NCBI RefSeq assembly: GCF_009834535.1
Contig: NC_045696.1
Span: 20,958,001-21,022,000 of the forward strand
Source: Camelus ferus
Lineage: Eukaryota
Length of the DNA stretch: 64,000 nucleotides
Direction of reading: 5' to 3'
Position numbers and translations under genes: made by a program. Under the pieces are notes generated by a model that was given only the letters and a program-made list of their open reading frames with translations, ran no database searches and was not told the DNA's origin. This document shows, one piece after another, positions 1 through 11,674 of the stretch (position 1 is its first letter; each line of letters begins with the position of its first letter).

Positions 1-644
1 GGAAATAAATGAGAGAAAAGAGGAGAGAAGGCAATTTAGTGGACAGGACAGAAGAGTGTACTTAGCATTCCAAAACAGTTTTTTACTGTCTCCAAAAACT
101 GGAAGGAAATAAAGCCTTCCACAAAAGAGCTAAAATGTTTGTTCCCATATTCCACTCCACATCAAACCCTGATTTCATTCATCACTCTCTTTGTCCCCCA
201 TTCCTCAGCCAGCTGCTGCTTTCACTCAGAAGCAGAATTCTAGGTCTGTAACTTTCAGATATCCAGCCAGCTCTGTGATGTAATATTTTCAGCAGCACAT
301 GGATGTCAACTCTTCGCTTTGTTTGTTCTTTCCCCTTTTATCATCAGTACAGCTCAGATGCTGACTTTAACAGCAGAAATGCATATACCATGTGTTTAGT
401 CCTGATAATGACTATCAATGTTTAATTATATTTTAAATTCATAACAGACAGAAATTATTAATGAATTGTGGTAAACATGCTAGGTGAAATCTGTAACAAT
501 GTGGTGCTGACATTGTTGTTGGATTTTATGACAGAGTTACCAGACTGAAAATCAGTCATGCATGCCCAGAAAATTTACACAGCTCCTTGCCCAACAAAAA
601 AGAGGTTAGTCATTTTTTAATATTTGCATATGATTTCTTGCTCC

Positions 645-780
645 ACCCTGGATTAGCTTTCTGACCTTGGGCAAGTCAGTTATCCTCTCTGGAAACTCAG
701 TTTTCTCTGTTCAAAAAATTAGCACAAAAGGATTAGATGGGGTAATTTCCAAAGTTTCATCCAGGTTTATTATCCTGTTT
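645..780 (+). mobile_element. MIR/MIR3 SINE fragment
   Basis: MIR core motif TTAGCTTTCTGACCTTGGGCAAGTCAGTTATCCTCTCTG...CTCAGTTTTCTC. Confidence 0.75.
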
Positions 781-1869
781 CTATGACCAGATAAAGACAT
801 CTTTCAGAAGGGTGCTATAAAATAGACATACTTTTCACATGTCAGTATTTGACATAAATGAGTTTGCTTCACTACTGTTATAAGCCATACTTATAAATTT
901 GTGTAAGTGATAATTTTGAGGATTACGGATAACAGTCATGGGGAGATTTATGCATAGCACAATGTATGATAAAATATCTCTTTGTTATTGACAGCTATAT
1001 TTTAATAAAAAACAGTAAGGGAATTTGCTCTGTCTTTACTGTTTCTTCAAATCTTCATTTTAATTGAAAAATAATTGACCTCAAAAAATTCTATTATCTT
1101 ATTGCCACTAATTAAGTTTTATGATCTGATTTATCTCTAATACCAAGGAGTGGAAACTTTAATACTCCACAGAAACTATAATTTAATTCTTCATGGCTAT
1201 AATGCAATTAATAAAATTAAATGTTGCCACTCCATGACAATTCCTTTTTTTTTGAAACACATTTTAAGGAAGTTTATTTGTATTTTTCAAATACCTTATG
1301 CATTTGTTCCAATCGGATTAAATATGTAAACTATTATCTTCATAAATTAGTGATATCACAGTTATTTTAACGATGGTCACCCTCAATAAAATCATATATT
1401 CTGAATTTATAATATAAACATTGATAAAATAGATCCATTCAAATCAGAAATGCTTACTGAACAGCTATAAGACCTTTTGCTAAGAAAAAATACTACTTTC
1501 CTACCTAGCAAGGTATTCAAAATTAATATAAAGTGATTTTATTTTCCAAGACTTGGGATAATAAAAAGAAGCATGATAAAATTCTAGAGTCAAAATTTTG
1601 ATTTAAATATAAGTCATTCACGCATTCATTCATGAATTTGTGCACCTTTATTCATGATTTCTATACCCATTTTTACTGGTTCCCTGGTTGTTGTTGTTTT
1701 AATATGAGAAGCTTGGTAAATTTCACCATATCCTTTCTGTATCACAGACTGTGACTATCATTTAACATAAAAACAGTGCTGATTCCTTTGCCACAAATTC
1801 ATGGGACTTTTCAGAAAACAGATCATTTATATTTACTAACTGGGAAGCAGATTACTTACTCTTTCTGAG

Positions 1870-1985
1870 TTTCTATCTGCTGTCTTTTTAAGCCTGTAGA
1901 ACTTTGTTAAAGCAGTTCTTATGGTAGTTTACTAGAAATGACTTCTTTCAGTTTTGTCTCTCTGAAAATATCTTTATTTATATGT
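1870..1985 (-). mobile_element. Old L1 fragment
   Basis: TTCTTTCAGTTTTGTCTCTCTGAAAATATCTTTATTT resembles antisense L1M ORF1-region consensus. Confidence 0.4.
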
Positions 1986-2339
1986 TCTTTTTTGCTGCTA
2001 ACAAGAAAATTGGGCATAAAATGTCATATAAGGGCATACCACATTCTTTACCATAAGTGGAACAGTGACCTGTTAAAAATTAGAATATGCAAATAAAACA
2101 TCTGTTACTTAAAGCAGAAGATAAAGGGGAGCTTAAACGGAAGCCTGAACTAATCATTAGGTCTCAGGTTGTATATGAGGGATACTCTAAGGGAGATTCA
2201 ACTAGAGCTGTTACTAGAATTGGGTGGTGGGCGTGATGAGGTATATCATAAAACATATCCATATCTTTCTTATCTCACATTTTCTTCTTTTATTTCCCCC
2301 CATCTGATTATTATAGGGTAAGAACTATATTGTGCTAAT

Positions 2340-2530
2340 ACTGTAGGCATCACTTTATATGGCATGATAACTACACTGCTAAGTTTGATTGCACATATTA
2401 CAAATAGAGCCTTGGAAGTGTATTTAACCTTACCCTATATTACTAAAGTAAGGCTAATTGTGAAGTGGCACCATTACCTAGTGTCAGAAACAGTCTTGTA
2501 ACTTTTACTATCAAATTCTATGACATCACA
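2340..2530 (-). mobile_element. Highly decayed MIR
   Basis: Weak match to antisense MIR core (ATTACAAATAGAG...TAACCTTACCC...AAGTGGC). Confidence 0.35.
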
Positions 2531-4689
2531 CTGGAAATTGGATGAAGGGAAAAGTCTTGATTTGAGCAATGGTACTGCCTGCTGAATGTATCTGAACCAG
2601 GTACCCCACTGGGGGAAGAAAAATATGAACTAAAATAATTAGAATGTAAAACAGAAAATGGAAAGGGGATGCACAGCAGGATCATGGTGCCAGGCAAAGA
2701 TGTAGTAGCTCTTTACCCACAAGAATATCCAGAAAAAAGTAAGATACCCAGGTGTTTCTCTAAGATAAAGAACCAAAAAACAGCTGATGCTGGGTGAGTC
2801 CACCCAACCTATTTTGTCTGGAAAAGAGAAATTAAATTCTTGTTGGCTTTAGGTTCTGCCTAAAGACTGCATCTGGACAATCTAAAGAACAGCTGTGAAA
2901 CAGAACCCGTTTATGATCTAAATGGCTGGTAGTGAGCTGGAACTATCATTTCACTCATGATTAATCATCTTTATTTATTGCTTTTGAATCTCACAGTATG
3001 GATGATGCTGAACAGATGGAGGTGAAGCTGTGGATAAAGGTGTTCTGATGCTAATACAGGTATGATGGGAAGCAGATTGCACTCACCTACACAAAACATA
3101 GGAGGTCGCTTTACTCTTTTGACAACAAATGGGAGTGTGGATGCTCTGGCTCTACCAGGCTGGGAACCTGAGTAGGATTTAGGGGTTTGGACAGGGTGGT
3201 ACTGAGGGGTCATGTATACTTTGGGGTTTGGAGGGTGCTACTTCTTTGAAGTCCTGTGGCACTCTAAGACTGAGCTGTATCTGGGAGTAGAATATACTAG
3301 TTGACCATTTCAATGGACAAGCAATTCTTGGGGAGCAAATAATGTATACAGATTATGCAAGTTATGAACATAAGTGGTGTCCTAACCTGGAAGCAGTAGA
3401 TGTGTTGGCTTCACCAGCAATGACTCTACTGAGCTATTCATAAGTTGGATAGATCGTTAAATTCATGAAAGTGAGCTCTTTATCATAAATTGTGTTACTC
3501 AGGTCACTTTGGGTTTTTCTAATTATGCAAATGGAAATGGTGATAGATGAGTTTTGTTGATGGATATAGTCTTCTCCGAGAGGACAGTGTTGGTATTATT
3601 TCTCCACTGGTCTCAATGTAAATAAGATATTTTAATGTTATTGTTTTATTTTAGAAGATAATTTTTTCTAAAGCAATTGTCCTAATCTATACCAATAAAC
3701 TACAAAAAAGAGGATTAAGTCTTTGTGGAGATGCATTAGGTTTATGCTTAAAACACGTTTAAAACACTCAGCCTATAGGAAAGCAGCCACGAAAAACAAT
3801 CTGCATTTTCATTCCTGTCCTCAAATACTAGATTATAATGCAAAGGAATGACAGTTCAATTGGAGAGATCATTTTTAAGTAGAAAAATAACTAGAAAGAG
3901 CAAAAGATGGCTTTTATGAGCTGTCAGCTTTATTTTTTTGGTGGAATGGGAGAGGGCCCTGGGACTTTCAGAATACTGATAGTCACTAAGTATTCACCAG
4001 CATTGAATTGGAGGGAACTGTCCTGGGCTAATCGCCATGTGCAGTGTTAAAGGTAATAGAGTTTTATACTAAGTGCCTGATGAAGCTTGTTTAAGTAATG
4101 GATTTTCCTTTAGGCCAGGAGAGATCCTGAGATACTTTTATGCGAAAAGGAAAAAGGATGATGAAGGGATGGGGAAAGCAAGAGAATAGGATTGTAAAAT
4201 TCATGACTAAGAAAAGAATGTTAAATGGAAGCAGATTGAGATGTTACTCTGGTTCCCCTATCAATTATCTAGAGTAGCTTTATCTATGTTGTAAAAGGCT
4301 AATTGCATAAGGGATTTTTAATTTTAGTATGAGTGACACTATTTGTTTTGTAATTATGCTCTACTCAAAACAGTATTTTTATAAATTTTATTAAATATGT
4401 TACTTTCTTCTAAATGATTTAAGGCTTTACTTTTACTCCGGATATTAAAGCAATCATTTAGCCATAATATTAGACATGTTTAAAAACATCTGAACGATCA
4501 TTTGTAAAATCTATTATAATTATATAAGCTCTATTAATTTCATATACGTATAAATTCAAATGTGTCTATCTAGATTAACAAATATTTTCTTTAAAATATC
4601 TGATTTAATTATTTTCCTATTAATTATGGTCTAAGTGTTTGATCTCATATTTCACTTAGTGCCTCTTATTAAATAAATCAAAAAGTCAT

Positions 4690-5505
4690 CCACGTTTATT
4701 AAAAGGACAAATAGGCAACCCAGATTATAGATGATATTTATATATGTATATGCATATATATTCAATAAATAACTCATATCGCAAATACAAAGAACTATAT
4801 ACTCATAAGATAGACCAAGATACCTCCTCCCAAAAAAGACAAAATATGGAAGAAGCACATCAGAAAACAGAATATCAGAAAGGCCACTAAAATATGAAAA
4901 TATATCGAGTGTAATCATCGTGGAAACAAATTAAAACTGCAAGGATCTCCTACCATTACACAACCACAAAAATGACTGAAAATAAGAAGACAGCTATCAC
5001 CAAATCTTAGCAAAGATAAGGAGTTACTGGGACCTTAATTTGAATCTGTACATTATTTTTGGAAATTATTTAGCAGTGTCTACTAAAGCTGTGTGTATGC
5101 ATACCATATGATCCAGCATTTCCTCTCCTAGGTATTAACTCCACAGAAATGCATGTACCTGCTTACTAAAAAACATGTTAATAGAGTCATTATCAAAACA
5201 GGTGGAAATGGAGCTTACCCAAATTAGTAGAAACAACAAATCAAATGTGGCATATTCCACAACGCACACCTATACAGCGATGAGCAAGAACTGTTGGCAA
5301 CTAGAGGCAATAGTATCTATGAATCTAAGAAACATAATATTGATTAAAAGAAACCAGATACAAAAGAGTTTATACTGCATAATCCCGTTTATCTAAAATC
5401 CAAGGATAGGCAATTAATTTATGTCATTAGAAGTTAGGATAGTGATTGCCTTCCGGTGAGGTGGAGAATAGAAGGGAGCCAAGGGGTGCTTTGGGGATGC
5501 TGGTC
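4690..5505 (+). mobile_element. L1ME-type LINE-1 3' portion (ORF2 end and 3'UTR), part 1
   Basis: Characteristic L1 3' motifs: TTTTGGAAATTATTTAGCAGTGTCTACTAAAGCTG, ATACCATATGATCCAGCATTTCCTCTCCTAGGTAT, AAAAGAAACCAGATACAAAAGAG, AGAAGTTAGGATAGTGATTGCC. Confidence 0.85.
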
Positions 5506-6130
5506 CTGATGGCTTTCTGAAGTGTCAGTTGAGCTGAGCTGAGCTAGGTTTCTCAGAATCCCCTTTTCTGTGTGTTTCTGGTAGGACTACAAGAGCTATT
5601 TGAAGTCAGAAGTGGAGGAGCAGTCGTTTGGTTTTTCACTCTCAGAAATTCAATCAGGCACTTTTGCATCTCACACATATTATTGCTTATCTGCTTATCT
5701 TCTTTATTATTGCCCACACTGACTGCTGTGGGGCAACAGTTGGCCCTGCAGTCGCTCCACTTTCCCCTGTATTCCTCTTCAACCTCCCCACCTCCTAAGC
5801 TGGCTTCCTGGAAGAAGAGTGTCAGCTTCCCCTGCCAGACAGCCACGGCATGAAGTTTGGAGAGACAGTAGTAACTCAGATCTCTGTGCCTCCGTGGGTT
5901 CCAGCCTGCTGGAGCTCTCACCCACTTCATGTCCCTCTTCCCTTTCTGACCACTTGCCCTGTGGACTTCAGACTCCAGCATCAGACGTGAAGACAGGAGC
6001 CTTACAGGAACTGTTTAACCAGCTCACACGACTAGAAAAGGTCAATCCCTTAAAATGAATCACAGTATATTTAATTGATCAGTCAGATGCACTGCTCAAG
6101 TTTGCTTCTTGATCAGTATGTGTGTCAGGC
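5506..6130 (+). mobile_element. ERVL-class solo LTR (LTR41/LTR40-like) inserted in the L1ME 3'UTR
   Basis: Starts TGATGGCTTTCTGAAGTGTCAGTTGAGCTGAGCTG...TTTCTCAGAATCCCCTTTTCTGTGTG (MLT2/LTR41-like 5' end); GGTCAATCCCTTAAAATGAATC near the 3' end; L1 sequence resumes after it. Confidence 0.65.
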
Positions 6131-6220
6131 AGGAAAACTCAGGTTTTGAAAGTACATCTAGTTATACATTTATGATTTGTATACTTTTCCCTAAGGATAT
6201 TATAGTTTAATAATGAAGTA
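6131..6220 (+). mobile_element. L1ME 3' terminus, part 2
   Basis: GTTATACATTTATGATTTGTATACTTTTCC...TTATAGTTTAATAATGAAG matches the L1ME terminal 3'UTR. Confidence 0.7.
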
Positions 6221-7129
6221 TTTGGAAATTCTGAACAGGGTAAAGTGCCAGCCTTCATAATTATTCACCTGAATGAGACTAAGAGAAATGGAAAATATGT
6301 CTGAAAAATTCCTGTCATCCAATGTGCTTTAATTAATTATGAGCACTATGTAAGAATCATTATAGCAGACAAAAGTGCTCTCTCTCTCTTTATATATATA
6401 TGTAGTCTTTGTAGTACCATGCCTATTCATTGGGTTAAATTACTGAAATCATTGTAATTTGTACATATCTATTGTGACTTAATATTTATTTTCAGAATTA
6501 ACATTTACAATATATCAAATGAGACTGGCTTGCAATTATTATTAACACACAATTAAAACAACTGCTTAGAAAACCAAGTTCTCAAGATGACGCTTAGATT
6601 AGCAATAGAGAATGTAAGTACTTTGAGGTCATTATTATCTTTCCAGCAGTCTTGGTGCCAAGAAGCTACATCAGCAGGACTGAATAGAGAAAAGAAGCAG
6701 AGAAGAGGAGGGAGAGGGGTAAAAAACTGACAAGTGGGCAGAGCTTGCACTTAATGTGTGCTGTAAATGTCTGAACTGTCCTGACACCGAGACGTTTCCT
6801 TCAGGAAATAATAATCATGAGGGTCCAATCTCTGTGTTTATTTTTTAGAAGGTTCCAGTGGGTAGTGAAGGCTTTAAATCATATGAATAAGTTGGAGGGA
6901 GAGTCAAATAGAAAACAGTGAAGGAGATGAGAAGAGAAGGACTCAGAGAACATTAAAGAGCACTTTGCTAATTCAGAGAATGGTCAGCTGGGGGATAGCA
7001 TGTGAGGCTTGGAAGCATGACCTGACCTACTGGGGAAGGATTCCAGCAGGAAGCCAGTGGTTTATGGGTCTCTGCTATGTGCTGCTATAGGAGTCAACTC
7101 TTCAATGCTCTCAATGTTTTTTCCTACCC

Positions 7130-7280
7130 ACCCCCACAATACGCATGCACTTTACATCCATGGAAACAGAGGCTCAGATACACTGAATAACCAGTCCAAA
7201 CGACTCTGGCTCAAAAAATGGAACAGTTCTCAAGTGCAGTTTAATACGACTTCAGTGGTCCTTTTCTTTACACTGCAGCA
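7130..7280 (-). mobile_element. MIR fragment
   Basis: CATGGAAACAGAGGCTCAGATACACTGAATAACCAGTCCAA is antisense MIR core. Confidence 0.65.
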
Positions 7281-7949
7281 CGCAGCATTTGTGACTCCAG
7301 GTAAGTTTCAAAGCCAATACCCACAGGGAGTATAAAAAGGAAAATCCGGGCAAAGTCTGCTCATATGCCCTGGATCAGCTGTTCCATTGTTAGAAAAAAA
7401 AAAAAAAATGCCACGTTCTGTTTCAAAAGCAGGCAATCTCAGCAGCAGAGGCTTCTGCTGTGCCTCTTGATCTGGTCATGATGTTGCTGCGAAGGGCATC
7501 CCATGCTGCACTGGAGCAGGAGAGAACTTCAGGGATTAATAGCTAGTGATTGTGATTTTTTTTTTTTTTTTTGGTAATTTAAAAATCTTCATACCTAACC
7601 ATAGTGTAAAATGGAAAATTTATATTGTCTGCAGGAAATATTTATCATTTGGCGTTAAACCATGCTTCATATTTTAAAAGCTGATATTACCTCCAAGTTG
7701 GGGCAAAGAAATAATCACTTAATGTCTAGTGCTTGAGTCTCCTTCCCCTTAACTGCATTGCTTGTGTCTCCATGTTTCTTCAGGGCTAATTTTCAGTGCA
7801 AAACTTTTTTCTTCAAAAGACTAAGAGTTGTCTTTTTGTAAACTATCACAGAAATTTTTTACTTCACTGTTTAACCATTTTTCCTCTGTTGTTTTAGAAG
7901 TGTGTGAATTAGAAGTTGAACTCTTCGAAAATAATAAACAGGCCTAATT

Positions 7950-8135
7950 AAGAACTTGAGCTCAGGAGTTAGAACAAATTGAAATTCAAGCTCCACCAAT
8001 CGTTAACTGTGTGATTTGAACTTGTTACTTAACTCATATAAGTGTCAAAATGAAAATGATGTTCTTATCACAGTGCTGTATGGGAATTAAAGGAGCAAAC
8101 ACATATAATTAGGTTTGATACATTTTAACTATTAG
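7950..8135 (+). mobile_element. MIR fragment
   Basis: GGAGTTAGAAC...CTCCACC...AACTGTGTGATTTGAACTTGTTACTTAACTC...AAAATGAAAATGATG. Confidence 0.65.
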
Positions 8136-8194
8136 CAATTATTTTTGTGAGTGATGTTTGGTTGTATACTCATTTTTGTTTGTTGTTTGTTTTA

Positions 8195-8432
8195 AGCTTA
8201 CTTTATGATGCTTTGACATCTTAGGGGCCTACCTAGTCTGGTCATGATGTTGGTCTCCTCCAGGGCTAGCTAATTCTTAATAACAACTTGCCTGGAACAT
8301 GCCTCTTATACGCAAAGCAAACAACCCCCAATCAATGCCCCATCTTTTCTACCTAACTGTCATCCACCAAGCCAATATTTCCCCTGCCTTAAATCAACCC
8401 AGGGGCATGTACCAGACAACTAGGGACCACAA
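8195..8432 (+). mobile_element. ERV1 (MER4-group, MER31/MER90-like) LTR fragment
   Basis: TGATGCTTTGACATCTTAGGGGCCT...CCAGGGCTAGCTAATTC...CCCTGCCTTAAATCAACCCAGGGGC...ACCAGACAACTAGGGAC. Confidence 0.6.
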
Positions 8433-9004
8433 TGACACAGCAGCAGGAGAGCGCACCTCTGGACATCTTGCTAAGTGGACTATGCATGTCCTATGGTTTA
8501 AGGTAGGACATTTTTATATTCACTACTTGTTGAATGTTTACACTGCTTTCATCAAGAGCAGCCTAATGGATGCTACTTTCAAATTCGCATTTAGAAAATA
8601 TATTTTAAAAGCCTCTTTTAAAGACCTGGTCGCTTTTTCAGTTAGAAGGCTACAACTATGAGGGAATAATAACAAAAATTCTACGAGATCAAATGACGTG
8701 CTCATAGCTTCAAAGAAGATTCTATACTGTCCTACACAGTAGAGGATTTCTTCCTTAGCATGATGGGTCCACAATGTCCCAACCACTCATTTCTTATGAC
8801 AAAGTTCACTAATATAATTATTATATATTTTTCAAGTTATTTTAAAACAAAATTGTTCATATTTGGGTTTGGTTCATGGATACCACTTAAAAAATATTGT
8901 CAGCTTTTGTTGTTGTTGTTGTTGTTAGAATGTGACATTCAGAATGAAATCCAAGTTTCTCTTTGGGGAAAGCATCACCTGTCCTTCCTTTAATTCTGTT
9001 AACC

Positions 9005-9245
9005 TCTATTCAACATATGTAATGTGCCAGCAGGCGTGATTTATTTTGGATACATTATGTCATTTAAATCACACAACACTTTAAACTATGTATTTTTGTT
9101 ATTTCCGTTTTATAGATGAGGAAACTGAGGTTTAAAGATGATAGGTAACTTATCCAAGCTCACCAAGCTAATGAGCGATAAATTAAGAAGCCTAGTCTTC
9201 TGAACTGTCTGCGAAGTCTGTGCTCCAGCTCAACATAGTTTACTG
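9005..9245 (-). mobile_element. MIR (near full length)
   Basis: TTTTATAGATGAGGAAACTGAGGTTTAAAGATGATAGGTAACTTATCCAAGCTCAC. Confidence 0.85.
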
Positions 9246-9334
9246 TGATACTGCTAGACGTAATCAGTTCCCTCTCTCATGCCATGAAGTACGTTTGAAA
9301 ATCTGAAAGTAAAAGGGATGCACTAGGACTAAAA

Positions 9335-9830
9335 AAAAAGAAAAATCAAAGTGAATGAACAGGAATTTCAAAAAGAAGAAGTGCAAATAGCCAGTATGTG
9401 TGCTAAGACATGTTCACTATCATTAGAACCAAAAAAATGGAATTAATAGGACTCAGTATCAATATCATATCTTGTTTTCCCTACCACAAACTTTAATAAT
9501 AATTCTAGTGAAGAGCTGCAGTAAAACACAACCTGAAATACACTGCTAGAGCAATTGTAACTTTGGAGTGAGCTTTCTGGAAGGGAGTTTTCCAACACCC
9601 CAGGAGTCTTTAAAAATTTTACAAGTAATAGGTCTTCTAGAAATGCTTTTCCGGAGAGTAGTCATAGGTTGTCTCTGAGTTTATATAATAAGATGTTCAC
9701 CAACAGAAGTGCAAGTAAGTACAACATGGCACTTCTATATATCATAATATAGTACTTCCATGTGCTTTTATGTAATTAATGACATTGGTAAATGTTTACT
9801 AGATAAAGCAAAGTTTAAAACATGCCATGT
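9335..9830 (+). mobile_element. Decayed L1ME 3' fragment
   Basis: ATGAACAGGAATTTCAAAAAGAAGAAGTGCAAATAGCCAG...ACATGTTCACTATCATTAG; CTTTCTGGAAGGGAGTTT. Confidence 0.7.
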
Positions 9831-10134
9831 GTCTTTGTTTATATTTTTGTGATGTGTTATCAATATTCTAAGTTTGTATACTTAGAATATATATGGAGAG
9901 AGATGGAGACAGAGACTGAGAGAAAAAGAAAGATGAAGAGAGAGAATGCCAGTCAACAGACTCAGTTGTGCAAAATTCTTATTTAATCTTTTTTTTTCAT
10001 TCAACTTCACTTCTATCTCTCAATCCTGTATTCTATAATAAGACATTAGCCTTGACCTCAGTTCTTTCGATGGCTCCCTCTAAGGTCATGTGATATGTCC
10101 TGGCCATCTTGCACAGTAAAGAGGCAGAGTGGGG

Positions 10135-10300
10135 GGCAGTGCATGGAGTAGAGTTGCTGTGTGGCCCAGGTCTTACCTCCCCGTACCCTAGCGTCTCCAA
10201 GTGCCCTAACTGAGCTGATGGGGCCTCTGACTCTGTCCTCTCGTTTGTGAAACGCACCCTTAACACCATCTCTGTAACTTTCTCCGACTTTAGATGTTGG
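10135..10300 (+). mobile_element. Decayed MIR3-like fragment
   Basis: CTAACTGAGCTGATGGGGCCTCTGACTCTGTCCTCTCGTTTGTGAAA weakly matches the MIR core and MIR3 tail. Confidence 0.35.
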
Positions 10301-10969
10301 AAAGGATCAAGAGGGGAGATTGTCCTTTATCAGATTATGCTTCTTTTTTAACTGTAAGAAGAGACTTATTTTCTTTGTGATTATTTGTTTCTTTTATTCA
10401 TTCCTTTTATGAATTTAGAATTCAAAGCAGCGTCTTTAAGGAAAACTACACACACAATTTTTTGCCCAGGTATTCTAGAAAGTCAGAGAAATAAATTTCA
10501 TCAAAAAAACTTCCCCCCAAACAAAAAACTACACTGACCTTCTATTTATTGCTTCCACCATCCTCTGAGTTCTGTAATACTTTGAAATTCTGTCTCATCG
10601 AGTCCCTCTAATGTTGCTGAATTATGATTTCTGAGAGCCCGTTTCATGTCTCCATTATCAATTATGTAACAAAATTATGAGCACTATAAATATGTGGGCA
10701 CGAATGATCACATTTATCATCAGTTCTTGATCGTGGGTTTGTTTTGCACAATCCCAGAGAAGACTCTTTTCTAGCAGGTAGGAAATTCAAAAACTGGAAA
10801 CACAAGTAACTAATTTCTCACTCAAAAGCTTCTATTGCTGGGCGAGTAGAAAGGTTTACTTCAGATCGTCTTAGTTCCCCTCTACCTTACGCCCCACTTC
10901 TGTGCTTTGGTCATTTGCCTGGTTTCTTTGCTGGATCTGTTCTGTTGATGGCTTGCCTTGTACTCACAG

Positions 10970-11124
10970 CCCTGAAGATCAGGTTGCTATGGCTGCTGCC
11001 TCCATCACTACCCAGGAGCACCTCCCCCTGCCCTTTGCACCCACTGATAAGGAGAGACCAGCAAGCAATGGCTCTAAAACCCAACCCAGAACTGTGTGAC
11101 TGGGGACCCACAGAGTTACACCCC
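10970..11124 (+). other. Candidate internal exon (155 nt), unvalidated
   Basis: Acceptor TTGCCTTGTACTCACAG| and donor CCC|GTGAGT; one frame open throughout; no recognisable homology. Confidence 0.25.
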
Positions 11125-11444
11125 GTGAGTACAAGGGGATAAAACACAGGAAAGAGATGACAGATTAATTGCTCAGCCTTCCTTCACTGTCTTTCACCAG
11201 CAATGAACTGTTTTGAAATGCAGTGGTCCCATGCAGCCTCTTGGGAGGTGCCCCCAAGTGTCACAGCCACCAGTTGTGTTTTGATGTTAAGCTGTCACCA
11301 GCTTGGCGATGCATCACTTTGTGTTTGCTCTCCCTCTTCCCTATCTCACTCCCTTCACCCCTGCTTCTTGTTTCCCTGGCAGTGCACACTGTCAAATAAT
11401 TGTTAGCAAACAGGCTGTCGCCTCAGGCTCTGTGGTTTTTCTGG

Positions 11445-11674
11445 TGTGAAATCCAGATAGTAGTGTTTATTCTTCATGAATTTGTCTGTCTTCTCCATAT
11501 ACAAGCCTAGAGGTAGGGTGTGGATCACCACTGCTGTTAGACTACACGAATCGTCCTCTCCCTGTCCCAGACTCTTGCTCTGTATATCAGTTCCAGCTTC
11601 TTCCTCTTCTTCTTCTCCTGGGCCTTTTGTTCGGAGACCATTTCTATTTGTCAATTGATTCAGTGAACAGACCT
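11445..11674 (-). other. Candidate terminal exon, unvalidated
   Basis: Strong minus-strand acceptor CCTCCTTCTCCTTTTCTTTATTATAG|, GAAGAA-rich body, AATAAA at 11471-11466. Confidence 0.25.

Noticed and set aside
3182..3235. G-quadruplex from five G-runs
   Set aside because: Loops are long (6-13 nt) and there is no promoter context.
5553..5981. 142-aa ORF as a gene
   Set aside because: Lies within an LTR; no recognisable domain.
8299..8661. 120-aa ORF as a gene
   Set aside because: Begins inside an ERV1 LTR fragment; no homology or splice support recognised.
6335..10687. Shared 15-mer AATTATGAGCACTAT at 6335 and 10673
   Set aside because: AT-rich, 4.3 kb apart and without extended similarity; compatible with chance.
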